From assembly GCA_965248435.1 (NCBI GenBank), contig OZ252100.1, positions 4,672,001 to 4,736,000 on the forward strand: 64,000 nt of DNA, read 5' to 3'. The translations under genes were made by a program, and so were the position numbers. The DNA comes from Candidatus Latescibacterota bacterium (lineage in GTDB: Bacteria > Latescibacterota > UBA2968 > GCA-2709665). Below are positions 31,955 through 42,774 of the stretch, piece by piece; position 1 is the stretch's first letter; each line of letters opens with the position of its first letter. The notes under the pieces were generated by a model. That model was given only the letters and a program-made list of their open reading frames with translations. It was not told where the DNA came from and searched no databases.

Positions 31955-31989
31955 TTCCCCCTTTGAAAAAGGGGGACTGAGGGGGATTT
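31955..31989. repeat. REP-like CCCCCTTT-N-AAAGGGGG palindrome
   Basis: tccccctttgaaaaagggggactgagggggattt; MITE-split inverted copy at 31450-31910; another copy at 46761-46794. Confidence 0.8.
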
Positions 31990-32027
31990 GCTTTTCGAGA
32001 TTTGAAGACGAGGTTCGTGGGCGTCAT

Positions 32028-33050
32028 TCATCCTAGGCGGCTTCGAAGCGATTCGATCAGGTTGGGTTCGGGTTCGACGGGAAGCGAGATCACTTTGTGC
32101 TGCAGGGCGCTCATGTAAAGCCCAAGGATAAGGTTGAAGTCTCTGAGTGATGTTGACAGGTTCAAGGGGTGTATCGCGTTATCATCCTCGAGCCAGTCGA
32201 ACATCGCCTCGGTCATCGCCGCCTGGGAGAGGACGTCTTCCCCGTAGTACTCGTGGGCCCCTGAATCGACCCGGCCATCGCAGTTCGTTTGCCACGATGA
32301 CATGGTCCAAAACACATAACCGCGGGACCCGTAGATCGCGATCCGTTTGCTGTGGCTGGGCTTTTCTTCGGAAATAAGCGGAGCGTCGGGACCGCAATGC
32401 AGTTGCGCCCGAACGCCATTGTCGTAGGTGATGCCAGCCAGTGACTGGTCGGGTGCGACGTGCTGTTTGGGGTCGTCGATGAGGCCCGCTGCACCCGAGA
32501 CCTGTCCGAAGACGGATAAGGGATTTCCAGAAGGGTTGAAGGCCGAAATCGACTGGAGGACGTGGGTTCCCTGATAGGCCAGATTCAGGCAGGCGCTCGC
32601 GTCGATAAACCTGACCTCTCCGATCTTCCCGTCGCGGACCAGGTTCTGGAGGGCCACCCTTCGGGGGTGGAAGTGGAGCTGGTGGTTGACGGCGATTTTG
32701 ACGCGTGAACGGGCTGCAAAGCTGCGGATGGCCTGATAGTCCTCACCCTGGATGGCGAGCGGTTTTTCGACGATGAGTGCGGGGATGCCGGCCTCATCCG
32801 CCGCTTCGAAGATTTCGAGCCTGACGTTCGGCGGCATGTTGACGTGGACGAGGTCAGGCCGCTCCTTTTCGAAGAGTTCGCGATACGCCCTGTAGCGCGC
32901 ATCGACTTCATACGAATCGCCGAAGGCATCCAGCTTGTCCTGCCGGCGGGTCGAAACGGCGACCAGCTCGCCTCGTTTGATATGTTCGTAGGCATCAGCG
33001 TGTCCTCTGGCCCGCCCGCCGCCGACGCCGATGATTGCGCACTTGTACAC
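32028..33050 (-). CDS. Gfo/Idh/MocA oxidoreductase
   Basis: IIGVGGG Rossmann motif, VEKPLA. Confidence 0.87.
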   Translation of the reverse strand: MYKCAIIGVGGGRARGHADAYEHIKRGELVAVSTRRQDKLDAFGDSYEVDARYRAYRELFEKERPDLVHVNMPPNVRLEIFEAADEAGIPALIVEKPLAIQGEDYQAIRSFAARSRVKIAVNHQLHFHPRRVALQNLVRDGKIGEVRFIDASACLNLAYQGTHVLQSISAFNPSGNPLSVFGQVSGAAGLIDDPKQHVAPDQSLAGITYDNGVRAQLHCGPDAPLISEEKPSHSKRIAIYGSRGYVFWTMSSWQTNCDGRVDSGAHEYYGEDVLSQAAMTEAMFDWLEDDNAIHPLNLSTSLRDFNLILGLYMSALQHKVISLPVEPEPNLIESLRSRLG

Positions 33051-33054
33051 GATC

Positions 33055-34074
33055 TTATTCCCACGGTTTCAGGATGATTTTCCCGCACTCACCAGACAGC
33101 TGGGTTTCCCACGCCTGCTGGATTTCGGCGAAGGGAAAGATGTGAGTGATAAATTTTTTCACCTTCTCACCGTTGCCTGTGATGGTCTGCATTACCCTGG
33201 GAAAATCCTTCAGACTGTAGTGCCACGAGCCCATCAGGGTCAGACCCTTCCGGATCATGTCGTCGCTGATCCTGACCGGCGTCTCCTCTCTACACTCTCC
33301 GACGAAGGCAACGATTCCCCTCGGCCGAAGGGCGTCGATGCAGAGCCGGTGTGCTGCGACCGTTCCAGAGCAATCGATCGCCTTGTCTGGCCCGAGCCCG
33401 TCCGTGAGATCACGGATCTGCTGCAGCGTAGTACCCTCGCCCGGATCCAGGACCGTCTCGGCACCCAGGTCCAAGGCCAATGAAGCGCGCCAGGGATTGG
33501 GTTCGACGCAGATGACCCTCACCCCGCGCGCACTCGCGTTGATGACGCCACCCAGTCCGACTGGACCGAGGCCGGTCAGGAGCAGGGTTTCGGACACGTT
33601 CAAACCGATTCGCTCGAATGCCCCGAAGGTCGGCCCGAGCCCGCAGCAGGCGAGCGAGGCGTGCTCATAGGAGACCCCTTCTGGAATAGCTGGCAGCAGC
33701 CAGTCCGGCTTGAGCAGGTATTGGGCCATCGTCGCGCTGCCTTCCAGGCCGCCCGTGAACGCGGCGACGTCTGTTTTGTCCTGGCAGAACATGAATTCGC
33801 CTGAAAGGCAGTAAGCGCACGTACCGCAGGAATAGTGCGGCATCACGACGACGCGGTCTCCCACCTTGACCGAACTCGGCCGAGCGACTTCGACGACCTC
33901 ACCCGCGGCCTCGTGGCCGGGCCAGCTCACCTCGGCTCCGGACTCGAACGCCTTGAATTCAGTGCACATCGGCGCTGCGTGCACTTTGACCAGGGCCCAG
34001 TCTTCTACGGGCTTTGGATCGGCTATGTCTACGAGCGCGGCCTGGCGCTTTCCCGTGACGGCTGCTTGTTTCAT
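33055..34074 (-). CDS. Zinc-dependent alcohol dehydrogenase (MDR)
   Basis: GHEAAG, CGTCAYC...C, GLGPVG. Confidence 0.9.
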   Translation of the reverse strand: MKQAAVTGKRQAALVDIADPKPVEDWALVKVHAAPMCTEFKAFESGAEVSWPGHEAAGEVVEVARPSSVKVGDRVVVMPHYSCGTCAYCLSGEFMFCQDKTDVAAFTGGLEGSATMAQYLLKPDWLLPAIPEGVSYEHASLACCGLGPTFGAFERIGLNVSETLLLTGLGPVGLGGVINASARGVRVICVEPNPWRASLALDLGAETVLDPGEGTTLQQIRDLTDGLGPDKAIDCSGTVAAHRLCIDALRPRGIVAFVGECREETPVRISDDMIRKGLTLMGSWHYSLKDFPRVMQTITGNGEKVKKFITHIFPFAEIQQAWETQLSGECGKIILKPWE

Positions 34075-34297
34075 TCTGCAAACTCCTGACTTCGGATCGG
34101 ACTCGCAAACGATGTTTCCCTGTCAATATGTCGCAAGCGAAAGCGGACGTCAACATAGAGGTGGCGCCCTCCGTAAGGCCTCCGTGAGAGGGATACTGCC
34201 CAGATAGCTCGAATCATCCAGCAGGGCTTGTTCGGGGGCAGGTTTGACCCTATATTCGACGCTTTGAGGTTTCCGAGATGATGACAAGGGAGGATGG

Positions 34298-35083
34298 GTG
34301 ACACCGATTCAGGCCGCGATCCTCGGTCTGGTGCAGGGTTTGACCGAGTTTCTTCCGATCAGCAGCTCCGGTCACCTCGTGCTCGGGCAGAGGCTGCTGG
34401 GCATCGAGAGCGGGGACATTACGTTCGAGGTCGTCGTCCATTTTGGCACACTGCTGGCCGTGGTAACTGCTCTTCGCCAGCGCGTCCTGGATCTGGCAGT
34501 GGGGTGTCTGAGGAGGCAGCCCGATGCGTGGCGATTCGTCCTCCTCCTGGGGATCGGGACGATCCCGGCGGCGGCCTTCGGTTTGATGTTCAGGGATGCG
34601 TTAGAGGGCGTCTTCTCGAATCCGGTCGCCGTGGCTGCGCTCCTGATCGTTACGGGTGTGATCCTGTGGAGCACTCGATTCAAAAGTGGAGACCGGAAGG
34701 AGCTCTGGGTCAAGGATGTCGTCTGGATCGGTCTGTCTCAGGCCCTGGCGATCCTGCCGGGGATCTCGCGATCCGGGATCACGATCGGGACGGGGATCTG
34801 GAGGGGGATCAACGCAAGAGAGGCGGCGACCTTTTCATTTCTACTTTCGATACCGGTCATTGCAGGGGCAAATGCATTGAAGGGAGCGGAGATGATCGTG
34901 AATCCACCTTCAGCAGAAACGGTGGTCCCTCTGCTCGTCGGGATGCTGACCGCCTATGTCTCTGGTGTGGTCGCGATCAAGTGGCTGCTCGCGGTTCTTG
35001 AAAGGGGCCGGCTGGATATGTTCGCTTACTACTGCTGGACAGTGGGACTGATCGGTGTTGTGGCCTTTTCGGCACAGGGGTGA
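34298..35083 (+). CDS. uppP: Undecaprenyl-diphosphatase
   Basis: QGLTEFLPISSSGHL, PGISRSG. Confidence 0.96.
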   Translation: MTPIQAAILGLVQGLTEFLPISSSGHLVLGQRLLGIESGDITFEVVVHFGTLLAVVTALRQRVLDLAVGCLRRQPDAWRFVLLLGIGTIPAAAFGLMFRDALEGVFSNPVAVAALLIVTGVILWSTRFKSGDRKELWVKDVVWIGLSQALAILPGISRSGITIGTGIWRGINAREAATFSFLLSIPVIAGANALKGAEMIVNPPSAETVVPLLVGMLTAYVSGVVAIKWLLAVLERGRLDMFAYYCWTVGLIGVVAFSAQG

Positions 35084-35514
35084 GGCAAAAGGCGGTGGCA
35101 ATCAGGTTTGTGATGAAATCCGGGCTTGTTCTTGGAGCGACTGTGTTGATGCAGGGATGCAGTACGAGTCCTCTCGAGCTGAACACAGATGATTTGAACA
35201 GTCTGCTTTCGATATCCAACCTCAACAAACGTTCGATCCCGGATCAGTCCGATCCTCCAGGAATCGTGGGACTCGGGGTCGAGGCGGATGTGATCAACGT
35301 GGGTCAGGTAATTATCAAAAATCCTTTTACGGTAACTTGGACTTTGCTCGCCCCGGGGGGGGATCGACTCGGATCGGCCTCGACCGAGCTGGCGGGCAAC
35401 TTTTCGCCGGGCGGAACGCGACACTTCTCTCTCACGTTGAGCTTTCCCGCGACGGCCAGCCTGGAGGGGTTTCGCGACGTCGTGACGTTCGACCTCGTCA
35501 GTCCCTCCGGGTAG
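35080..35514 (+). CDS. Hypothetical lipoprotein
   Basis: LMQGC lipobox; overlaps the uppP stop. Confidence 0.6.
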   Translation: MRQKAVAIRFVMKSGLVLGATVLMQGCSTSPLELNTDDLNSLLSISNLNKRSIPDQSDPPGIVGLGVEADVINVGQVIIKNPFTVTWTLLAPGGDRLGSASTELAGNFSPGGTRHFSLTLSFPATASLEGFRDVVTFDLVSPSG

Positions 35515-35534
35515 AACGATGAAGGAAAGGGTCT

Positions 35535-36239
35535 ATGCAGCTATATATCATCCGCCACGGTGAGTCGGCCAACAACGCGCTGAGCGCCGCGGAGGCGGCC
35601 AATCGTGTTTGCGATCCGCCGCTCACCGAAAGAGGCGAAGCCCAGGCAAGGAAACTTGCAGATCATCTTGCAGAGATGGATGTGTCGCCCGCCTCGCCCG
35701 GATCTTTCGACCGCCAGAACCGGTACGGCTACCGATTCACCAGGGTCTTCTGCAGTCCGATGCTCAGGGCGCTGAGGACGACCACACCGATCGCCGGGGC
35801 CCTTGAAATGCGTCCTGAAGTGTGGGTCGACACCCACGAGCAGGGGGGGATCTGGCTAGAGGGAAGCCCCGATCTTCCCGGACTCAGCCGGAGCGAGATG
35901 GAGCGCCGCTTTCCAGACTTTGTGATTCCGGACGGCGTGAAAGAGACGGGCTGGTGGAACCGTCCCCAGGAGTCCGAATCGGAATGGGTAGCCCGATCGG
36001 CGAGGGTCGCGAGAGAGGTCAAGGATCGTTTCGCATCGACGGACGAACGGATCGCCATCGTCTCCCACGGGGGGTTCGGCAACTGCCTGCTTCACTCCCT
36101 CGTGAACAGTGTGCCTGGTTCGGACACCTACTTCAGCCATCAGAATACGGCGATCAGCAGGGTCGATTTCGAAGAGGATCGGGTGAACGTCTGCTATCTG
36201 AATCGGGTGGATCACCTGCCGACGGAGCTCGTTACGTGA
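35535..36239 (+). CDS. Histidine phosphatase (phosphoglycerate mutase family)
   Basis: IRHGES, SPMLRA, VSHGG. Confidence 0.9.
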   Translation: MQLYIIRHGESANNALSAAEAANRVCDPPLTERGEAQARKLADHLAEMDVSPASPGSFDRQNRYGYRFTRVFCSPMLRALRTTTPIAGALEMRPEVWVDTHEQGGIWLEGSPDLPGLSRSEMERRFPDFVIPDGVKETGWWNRPQESESEWVARSARVAREVKDRFASTDERIAIVSHGGFGNCLLHSLVNSVPGSDTYFSHQNTAISRVDFEEDRVNVCYLNRVDHLPTELVT

Positions 36240-36369
36240 TGAAAAAGAAAGCTATTCAGGACCGAAGACCGCAGACGGCAGACGGCGGGGTAGATTGCAC
36301 TGGACTCTCAGTGTTTGGGCGGTCCGCGGTCCGTGGTCGTGCATCGCTGCTTTTGCGGAGAAGACAGAC

Positions 36370-37635
36370 GTGAAAAATCTAGGCCTCGTCTTCCTGGCTC
36401 TGCTGATGACAATTTCTAGTCCTTTCGTGGCCATGGGACTGCCTGACGACCGCGAGTTGAGGGAAGATGATCTTGGGACCGCCGAGGAGGCTCAGCGCCT
36501 AAACAACGAGGGGGCCCAGCTGGCCAAACAGGGCGGTTTTCTTGAAGCGATCCAATCTTTCCAGGGTGCCATTCGCCTGATGCCTGATTTCGCACCGGCC
36601 TACTACAATCTCGGTCTCGCACAAAGGAATCTCAATGATTTCGGAAAGGCCAGGGCCGCCTTTCAGAGCGCGGTCGAATTCGCGCCCGACTACGGCGAAG
36701 CGTGGTACCAACTCGGGCGTGTTTACGAGGTGGAGGAGCGGTTCGAAGAGGCGGCTCGACATTTCGAGAAGGCGCTGGAGGTTTCGCTGGAAGGCCCGGA
36801 CCTCCGCTACCACCTGGGAATCGTCTCCTCGAGATTGAAGAACTGGGCTGATGTCGTCGAGCACTGGGAAGTTCTGCTCCAGGCGTATCCGGAACATCCC
36901 GGGGTCCCCGATATACAAGAAGCTCTTCCTCGTGCTTTCTACAACCTGGGGACCACACGCCAGCAAACGGGTCAACTCGAAACGGCGGTTGCGGCATTCG
37001 AAAAGGCGATCTGGCTCCGGCCGGATTACGTCAAGGTCCACTATAACCTGGGCCTCGCCTATCGGGACATGAATCGGCTTCCAGAGGCCCGCGCCGCGCT
37101 GAACGCAGCACTCGATCACGGGCCGGACAGTCCTAAGATCCTCAGTGCCCTGGGGATCGTTTTCATGCGTCAGGACAGTCTGCGGCGGGCAGAGGAACTG
37201 TTTCGAAGCGCCCTGGGCGTGGATCAGGATTTCGTTGAGGCGAATTACAATTTGACGGAGGTCTACCTCAGACAGGGACAGGTGGAACGGGCCCTTGATG
37301 AGGTCCGCGGGATCGTCAAGCGAACACCGAGCAACCCCAAAGCCTATGCCTTCCTCGCTTACGTCTACGAACACGGCGTTGAGGGCAAGAGGTATGGGAA
37401 AGACTATCGGGCGGCGGACGCCATCAAGACCTACCAGTTTGCGCTGCTTCTAACCCCGAACGCCCCGCTGCTTCACTACAATCTCGGAGTCATTCATGGA
37501 AGATTGGGTGACTGGGATCAAGCGCTTCGGGCGTTCCGCCGATGCCTCGCCATCGATTCCACCCACGCAGAAGCGAAGCGCTGGCTTCCTCTGGTAGAGG
37601 CGAGACTCGTGTTGGAACAGGACGTGGAACCATAA
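36370..37635 (+). CDS. Tetratricopeptide-repeat protein
   Basis: Repeated AYYNLG/HYNLG TPR units; signal-like N-terminus. Confidence 0.88.
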   Translation: MKNLGLVFLALLMTISSPFVAMGLPDDRELREDDLGTAEEAQRLNNEGAQLAKQGGFLEAIQSFQGAIRLMPDFAPAYYNLGLAQRNLNDFGKARAAFQSAVEFAPDYGEAWYQLGRVYEVEERFEEAARHFEKALEVSLEGPDLRYHLGIVSSRLKNWADVVEHWEVLLQAYPEHPGVPDIQEALPRAFYNLGTTRQQTGQLETAVAAFEKAIWLRPDYVKVHYNLGLAYRDMNRLPEARAALNAALDHGPDSPKILSALGIVFMRQDSLRRAEELFRSALGVDQDFVEANYNLTEVYLRQGQVERALDEVRGIVKRTPSNPKAYAFLAYVYEHGVEGKRYGKDYRAADAIKTYQFALLLTPNAPLLHYNLGVIHGRLGDWDQALRAFRRCLAIDSTHAEAKRWLPLVEARLVLEQDVEP

Positions 37636-37755
37636 AGACCAGGTACCGGGAATTCGAAACACGGGTACCGGGTACCGTCAAAATGAACGGGTTACCCAAT
37701 TGCGGATTGTGGATTGGGGATTGCGGAAGGGGTTCCCGCGAAGCGGACCACGGCT

Positions 37756-38736
37756 ATGCCCAATCCCAGAATAATTCTGTCGGGTTTTGCCGACGAGGGG
37801 CCGAAGAGCAAGCGCGCCGAAGAGCAGTTCATTATGATGCGCAGCCTCGGCCTCTCTCATTACACGATTCGGTTCATCGACGTCGGCAGCGGGGTGAAGA
37901 ACGTCCTGGATCTGACTGACGGAGAACTGGAACGTCTCCGCTCGTTGCAGGCCTCCTACGGGATTTCGGTGTCGAGTATCGGCTCTCCGATCGGGAAGGT
38001 GAAGCTGCTGGATGAAGAGGATGGGACCCAGAATCGATACGTGGATTTTGACACTTACCTGAACGATGATCTCCAGCGAACTATCGATCTGGCACACGCA
38101 CTCGATACGAAACTGATTCGAGGGTTTAGCTACTACCCACCACGGGGTGACGACCCCTGGAAGCACCTCGACAAAGCGGCGGAGCAGCTCGCGCGGATCG
38201 TGGAGCGCTGCGCAGGCTCTGGGCTTGTGTATGGCCTCGAAGTGGAGCTGGACCTGGTGGGGCGGGATGGGGATACGTTGATCGCGCTCTACGAGAAGGT
38301 GGGCAGCCCGAACATGTGCCTTATTCCGGATATTGGAAACCTGATCGCGATGGGGCATTCGTCCGACAGCGCATATGGACAGTACATGAAGATGAAGCCA
38401 GGTATCGGCTGGATCCATATCAAAGGGGCGACGGGCGAAATATCTGCGGACAGGGCGCACACTCGACATCTTCCCGTAGACGTTGGAGACGCCGCCCATG
38501 AACCTATCCTTCGTGATTTCAGGACGCTGGTCCCAGAGATCGAGGCACGGCTCATGGCATTCGGGGTCCCGGGCGTCTTCGTGGACCTCGAGCCACACGT
38601 GAAGGGAGGCGGACAGTTCGGAGGCGTGAGCGGTGTGGATGGATTTGGCGTGGCCTTCAGGGCGTTTTGTAGACTGTTGGATCATCTCGAATTCGATTAT
38701 CACTTAACGCAGCACGAGGACCTTGTAGATGGATGA
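37756..38736 (+). CDS. Sugar-phosphate isomerase/epimerase (xylose-isomerase-like TIM barrel)
   Basis: SGFADE, IGSPIGK, GLEVE, PDIGN, IHIK, DLEPH. Confidence 0.85.
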   Translation: MPNPRIILSGFADEGPKSKRAEEQFIMMRSLGLSHYTIRFIDVGSGVKNVLDLTDGELERLRSLQASYGISVSSIGSPIGKVKLLDEEDGTQNRYVDFDTYLNDDLQRTIDLAHALDTKLIRGFSYYPPRGDDPWKHLDKAAEQLARIVERCAGSGLVYGLEVELDLVGRDGDTLIALYEKVGSPNMCLIPDIGNLIAMGHSSDSAYGQYMKMKPGIGWIHIKGATGEISADRAHTRHLPVDVGDAAHEPILRDFRTLVPEIEARLMAFGVPGVFVDLEPHVKGGGQFGGVSGVDGFGVAFRAFCRLLDHLEFDYHLTQHEDLVDG

Positions 38737-38783
38737 GGGTCGTCTGATCCGATGACAACTGCCGACAAGACGCTCCAGATCGG

Positions 38784-39260
38784 GTGGTGAATCGGGTCAG
38801 GTGTGATATCGCTGTCGTGAAGATTATGCCAGAAGCAAGCTTTAAGCGTATCTTACTGCCCACGGCAGGAGGGCCCCACTCCGAGTTCGCCTCAGAGCTG
38901 CTTGGACCGATTGTCGAGGCGCAGGAGGCCGAGGTGACCGCCTGCTATGTCGTCCCGGAAGATGCAGGCGAAGACGTGGAAAGAGAGGCACACAGCTGGA
39001 TTCGACGCGCCCTCCGTCACGCGAATCTGGGCAGCGTGGAGCACCTGATCATCCGGTCCGGCTCCGTTCCGGCGGGGATTTCAAGGGCAGGATCCGACTA
39101 TGATCTGGTGGTGATGGGGGCTGCTCAGACCGGCCTTTTCAAGGAGCTGCTGTTCGGCGAGATTCCAGACCGGGTCGGGCGCTACACGCAGACTTCGGTC
39201 ATGCTTGTGAAACGCCGAGAGGGCCCTGCCAAGGCCTGGCTGCGCAGGATGTTTAGTTGA
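38784..39260 (+). CDS. Universal stress protein domain (possibly a C-terminal remnant)
   Basis: RILLPTAGGPHS, DLVVMGA, LFGEIPD; begins like a linker (RVRCDIAVVK). Confidence 0.65.
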   Translation: MVNRVRCDIAVVKIMPEASFKRILLPTAGGPHSEFASELLGPIVEAQEAEVTACYVVPEDAGEDVEREAHSWIRRALRHANLGSVEHLIIRSGSVPAGISRAGSDYDLVVMGAAQTGLFKELLFGEIPDRVGRYTQTSVMLVKRREGPAKAWLRRMFS

Positions 39261-39376
39261 AAGGCGGACCCGCGGACAACGGACCGCCGACGGCCCAAGT
39301 CACGAGTAATCGCCATAGTTATACGGCGGTCTGCCGTCCGCCGTCGTACATAGCTTCTCTTAGTGGATGAGGGCTT

Positions 39377-40419
39377 ATGTCTGACAGGATCCGAATAGGG
39401 ATCATCGGAGCGGGCGGGATCTTCCGCAGAAAGCACCTTCCCGGGCTGGCGAAGATCGACGATGCAGAGGTCGTGGCGATCTGCAATCGAAGCGAGGAGA
39501 GCGGCCGTAAGATCGCCAGCGAGTTTGGACTGTCTGCCGAGATCATGGCCGATCCACACGCGTTGATCGCGCGGCAGGACGTTGACGCGGTGATGATCGG
39601 GACGTGGCCCTACAAGCATTGCGAGTTCGTGCTGGAGGCCCTGGACGCTGGCAAACACACGTTCACGCAGGCGCGGATGGCGATGGACCTCCGGGAGGCG
39701 AAGGCGATGTACGCCAGGGCAGAAGAGTCCGGCCTGGCGACACAGATCTGCCCCTCCCCGCTCGGCATTAAGGGTGACTCAACTCTGAGGCGATTGATTC
39801 GTGAGGGTTATCTAGGCAAGGTCTTCAACATCAACTACCGATCCCTGGACGATGACCTTTGTGATCCCGAAACGCCCCTGCACTGGCGTCAGGTGGCACG
39901 GTACTCAGGACTGAATGTGCTGGCGATGGGTATGCGGATGGAATGGGTGCACCGCTGGTTCGGCTACGCGAAGACGGTCACCGCGCAGGCGGAGACGTTT
40001 GTGAAGGAGCGACCGCTGGCGGAGGTAAAGGAGTGGGTCCGGTCGAGCGACCCGACACGGTGAACGTGCTGTGTGAGATGGAGAATGGGGCCTCAGCCGC
40101 GTTCCTCTTTTCCAGCGTTGCGCGGTTTCGAGGCGAGCAGCGCGTCGAGGCCTACGGGAGCGACGGGACTTTGATCTACGATATGATCCCACCGACGCTC
40201 TGGGGTGGGCGTCCGGGCGATAAGGGATTGTCCGAGATCCCCATCCCCGAGGAGGATGTCAGGACGTGGCGGGTGGAGCAGGATTTCATCGACGCGATCG
40301 GAACCGGGAGGCCCGTCGAATCCACCTTCTACGAAGGCCTGAAGTACATGGAGTTTACCGAGGCGGTGTTTCGGTCCGTGGAGACGGGCGGGACGGTGAG
40401 GTTGCCGCTGGTGGATTAA
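39377..40419 (+). CDS. Gfo/Idh/MocA oxidoreductase, apparent frameshift at ~40021
   Basis: ORFs 39377-40063 and 39943-40419 together align over full length with the paralog at 40540; one G appears to be missing in gcg-g(g)a-ggt. Confidence 0.85.
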
Positions 40420-40539
40420 GATGGAATGCAAAACACGGGTACCGGGAACGCAAAACACGGGTACCGGGTACCGTAAAACCGTCGTTCGTCTCTGTACCTC
40501 GAAAATTGAATGTTGAACCAGTAATATAGGAGCGATCGA

Positions 40540-41595
40540 ATGGCTGACAAGATTCGAATCGGGATTATCGGAGCGGGCGGGATCTTCAGGAACCAGCATT
40601 TCCCCGGGCTCGCCGGGATCGAGGATGCCGAGGTGGCTGCGATCTGCAATCGGAGCGAGGAAAGCGCGCGGAAGATCGCCGGAGAGTTCGGGCTGAATCC
40701 GGAGATCATGTCCGATCCCCACGCGCTGATCGCTCGGAAGGACATCGATGCCGTGATGATCGGGACGTGGCCCTACAGACACTGCTCGTTCGTGCTGGAG
40801 TCGCTCGATGCTGGGAAGCCGACGTTCGTACAGGCCCGAATGGCGATGAACCTCAGAGAAGCGAAGGCGATGTATGCGAAAGCGCAGGAGACAGGCCTCC
40901 CCACACAGATCTGCCCGTCTCCCTTCACGATGAAGGGCGACCAGTTTATGAAGCGATTGATCGACGAAGGGTATCTGGGTCAGGTCTACAACATCAATGT
41001 GCGTTCACTTCTGGACAACGCCTGCGACCCCGATGCGCCGCTGCACTGGCGCCACGTCGAACGTTACTCCGGACTGAACGCCCTGTATCTGGGAATCCTT
41101 GTCGAGTCCGTGCACCGGTGGTTCGGGTATGCGAAGCGCGTCTCGGCGCAGGCGGAGACGTTCATCAAGACGCGGCCGTTCGCGGGCGGTGAAGGGAGTG
41201 GGCCCGTGGAGCGCCCCGATACGGTCAACGTCCTGGCTGAAATGGAAAGCGGGGCGACGGCGACGCTCCTGTTTTCCGGAGTGGCGCGGTTTGGCGGGGA
41301 CGAAAATCGGGTCGAGGCCTATGGGAGCGAAGGGACGCTGATTTATAATGTCAGCGGCCAGGTCGACGGCCAATCGGTGCTGGGCGCGAAGAAGGGAGAT
41401 GACGGCCTGGCCGAGATGCCGATTCCAGAGGGCGAGGTTCAGGGGTGGACCGTCGAGCAGAACTTCATCGACCTGATCCGGACGGGGAAGCCGGCGGCGT
41501 CGACCTTCTACGAGGGTGTAAAGTATATGGAGTTTACAGAGGCCGTGTTTCGGTCCGTCGAGTCTGGAAGGGCCGTTAACCTGCCGCTGGTTTGA
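40540..41595 (+). CDS. Gfo/Idh/MocA oxidoreductase
   Basis: IGIIGAGG; QARMA replaces EKP. Confidence 0.9.
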   Translation: MADKIRIGIIGAGGIFRNQHFPGLAGIEDAEVAAICNRSEESARKIAGEFGLNPEIMSDPHALIARKDIDAVMIGTWPYRHCSFVLESLDAGKPTFVQARMAMNLREAKAMYAKAQETGLPTQICPSPFTMKGDQFMKRLIDEGYLGQVYNINVRSLLDNACDPDAPLHWRHVERYSGLNALYLGILVESVHRWFGYAKRVSAQAETFIKTRPFAGGEGSGPVERPDTVNVLAEMESGATATLLFSGVARFGGDENRVEAYGSEGTLIYNVSGQVDGQSVLGAKKGDDGLAEMPIPEGEVQGWTVEQNFIDLIRTGKPAASTFYEGVKYMEFTEAVFRSVESGRAVNLPLV

Positions 41596-41647
41596 CACAC
41601 GTTAATCGTGGATCGTAAACGACATCACCGCAGAATCCCATGTCATG

Positions 41648-41674
41648 TTGAGACGCCCCGGTGCGGCGTCTCAA
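41648..41674. repeat. REP-like hairpin
   Basis: ttgagacgcc-ccggtgc-ggcgtctcaa. Confidence 0.6.
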
Positions 41675-41719
41675 TCCCCGACGGGACGTCTCAATCATTA
41701 ACGGGATAGGAGGAAATCC

Positions 41720-42649
41720 GTGACGCGTGAGGAACTGAAGAAACGGATCCAGGGGACGCCCGCGACGATCCCGACGGCGTTCGACGATAACCTGCAGCTG
41801 GACCTGGGCCGACAGAAAGACCTGACGCAATGGTGGATGGAAAACGGCCTGGGTACAGACGTTGCGGCCCTGAAAGTCGCCGCGGCGATGGGGGAAAGTG
41901 CGGCGCTGAGTGACGCGGAGCTGCCCAAAGTGATGCGCGCCGTGGTCGACGCGGCAGGCAAGGACGCTACGATCATCTGCGCACTGAAGACCAAGGATAC
42001 CCTGAACACGATCGAAGACGCCAAGATGGCGCAGGATATGGGTGCGATCGGACTTCAGATCGAGCTGCCGTTTCATCACAAACCGGTTCAGGACGACTAC
42101 GTCCGCTACTTCACCGACATCTCGGATGCCATCGACATCGGGATTATGATCTACAACACCCACTGGTTCGGCTGCCAGTCACTTACCGCCGAGACGATTC
42201 TCCGGATGAAAGACGCTGAACACGTGGCGGCGATCAAGTGGGCGGTGCCCGAATCGGTGGATTACGATGAGATGCGCCAGTTCAGCGACACCTTCAACGT
42301 GATCGACAACAGCAACCAACCCGTCAGATGCCACAAGAACGGGGGCCGGGGCTACATCAGCGTGTCGATCCCGGCCTATCCCCGGCACGATCTGAAGGTC
42401 TGGGAGCTGCTTGAAGCAAAACAGTACGACGAAGCCCAGGCCCTCTACAGCGGCGTCAGAACGCCCCTCGAGCCGTGGCTCGCCAAGACCGCGAAGCGGT
42501 CGGGCGGCCAGCGACAGTTCAAGGGGATGATGACGATCGTCGGGCAGCCGGCCGGTCCGCCGCGCCCGCCCACACTTCCGATCGAGGAGGATGAGCTCCA
42601 GGAGCTACGTGGATTGTTCAAGGAGTTTGGATGGCCCGTTGTCGGTTGA
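41720..42649 (+). CDS. DapA/NAL-family aldolase-lyase
   Basis: PTAF, AAAMGE, IMIYN, AAIKW (Schiff-base Lys), GPPRPP. Confidence 0.87.
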   Translation: MTREELKKRIQGTPATIPTAFDDNLQLDLGRQKDLTQWWMENGLGTDVAALKVAAAMGESAALSDAELPKVMRAVVDAAGKDATIICALKTKDTLNTIEDAKMAQDMGAIGLQIELPFHHKPVQDDYVRYFTDISDAIDIGIMIYNTHWFGCQSLTAETILRMKDAEHVAAIKWAVPESVDYDEMRQFSDTFNVIDNSNQPVRCHKNGGRGYISVSIPAYPRHDLKVWELLEAKQYDEAQALYSGVRTPLEPWLAKTAKRSGGQRQFKGMMTIVGQPAGPPRPPTLPIEEDELQELRGLFKEFGWPVVG

Positions 42650-42774
42650 GAAACGTCGTTCAATTGCGGATTTTGGATTTGGGATTGCGGATTGAAAGAC
42701 AGCTCACCCCAGAGTCACCGAGTTCGCAGAGAAATTCGAATCATGAATGTCCAACTCACTGAAGGAGGAGAGCC

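Noticed and set aside
40015-40030. Two separate Gfo genes at 39377 and 39943
   Set aside because: Together they match the intact paralog; this is one gene with a 1-nt deletion.
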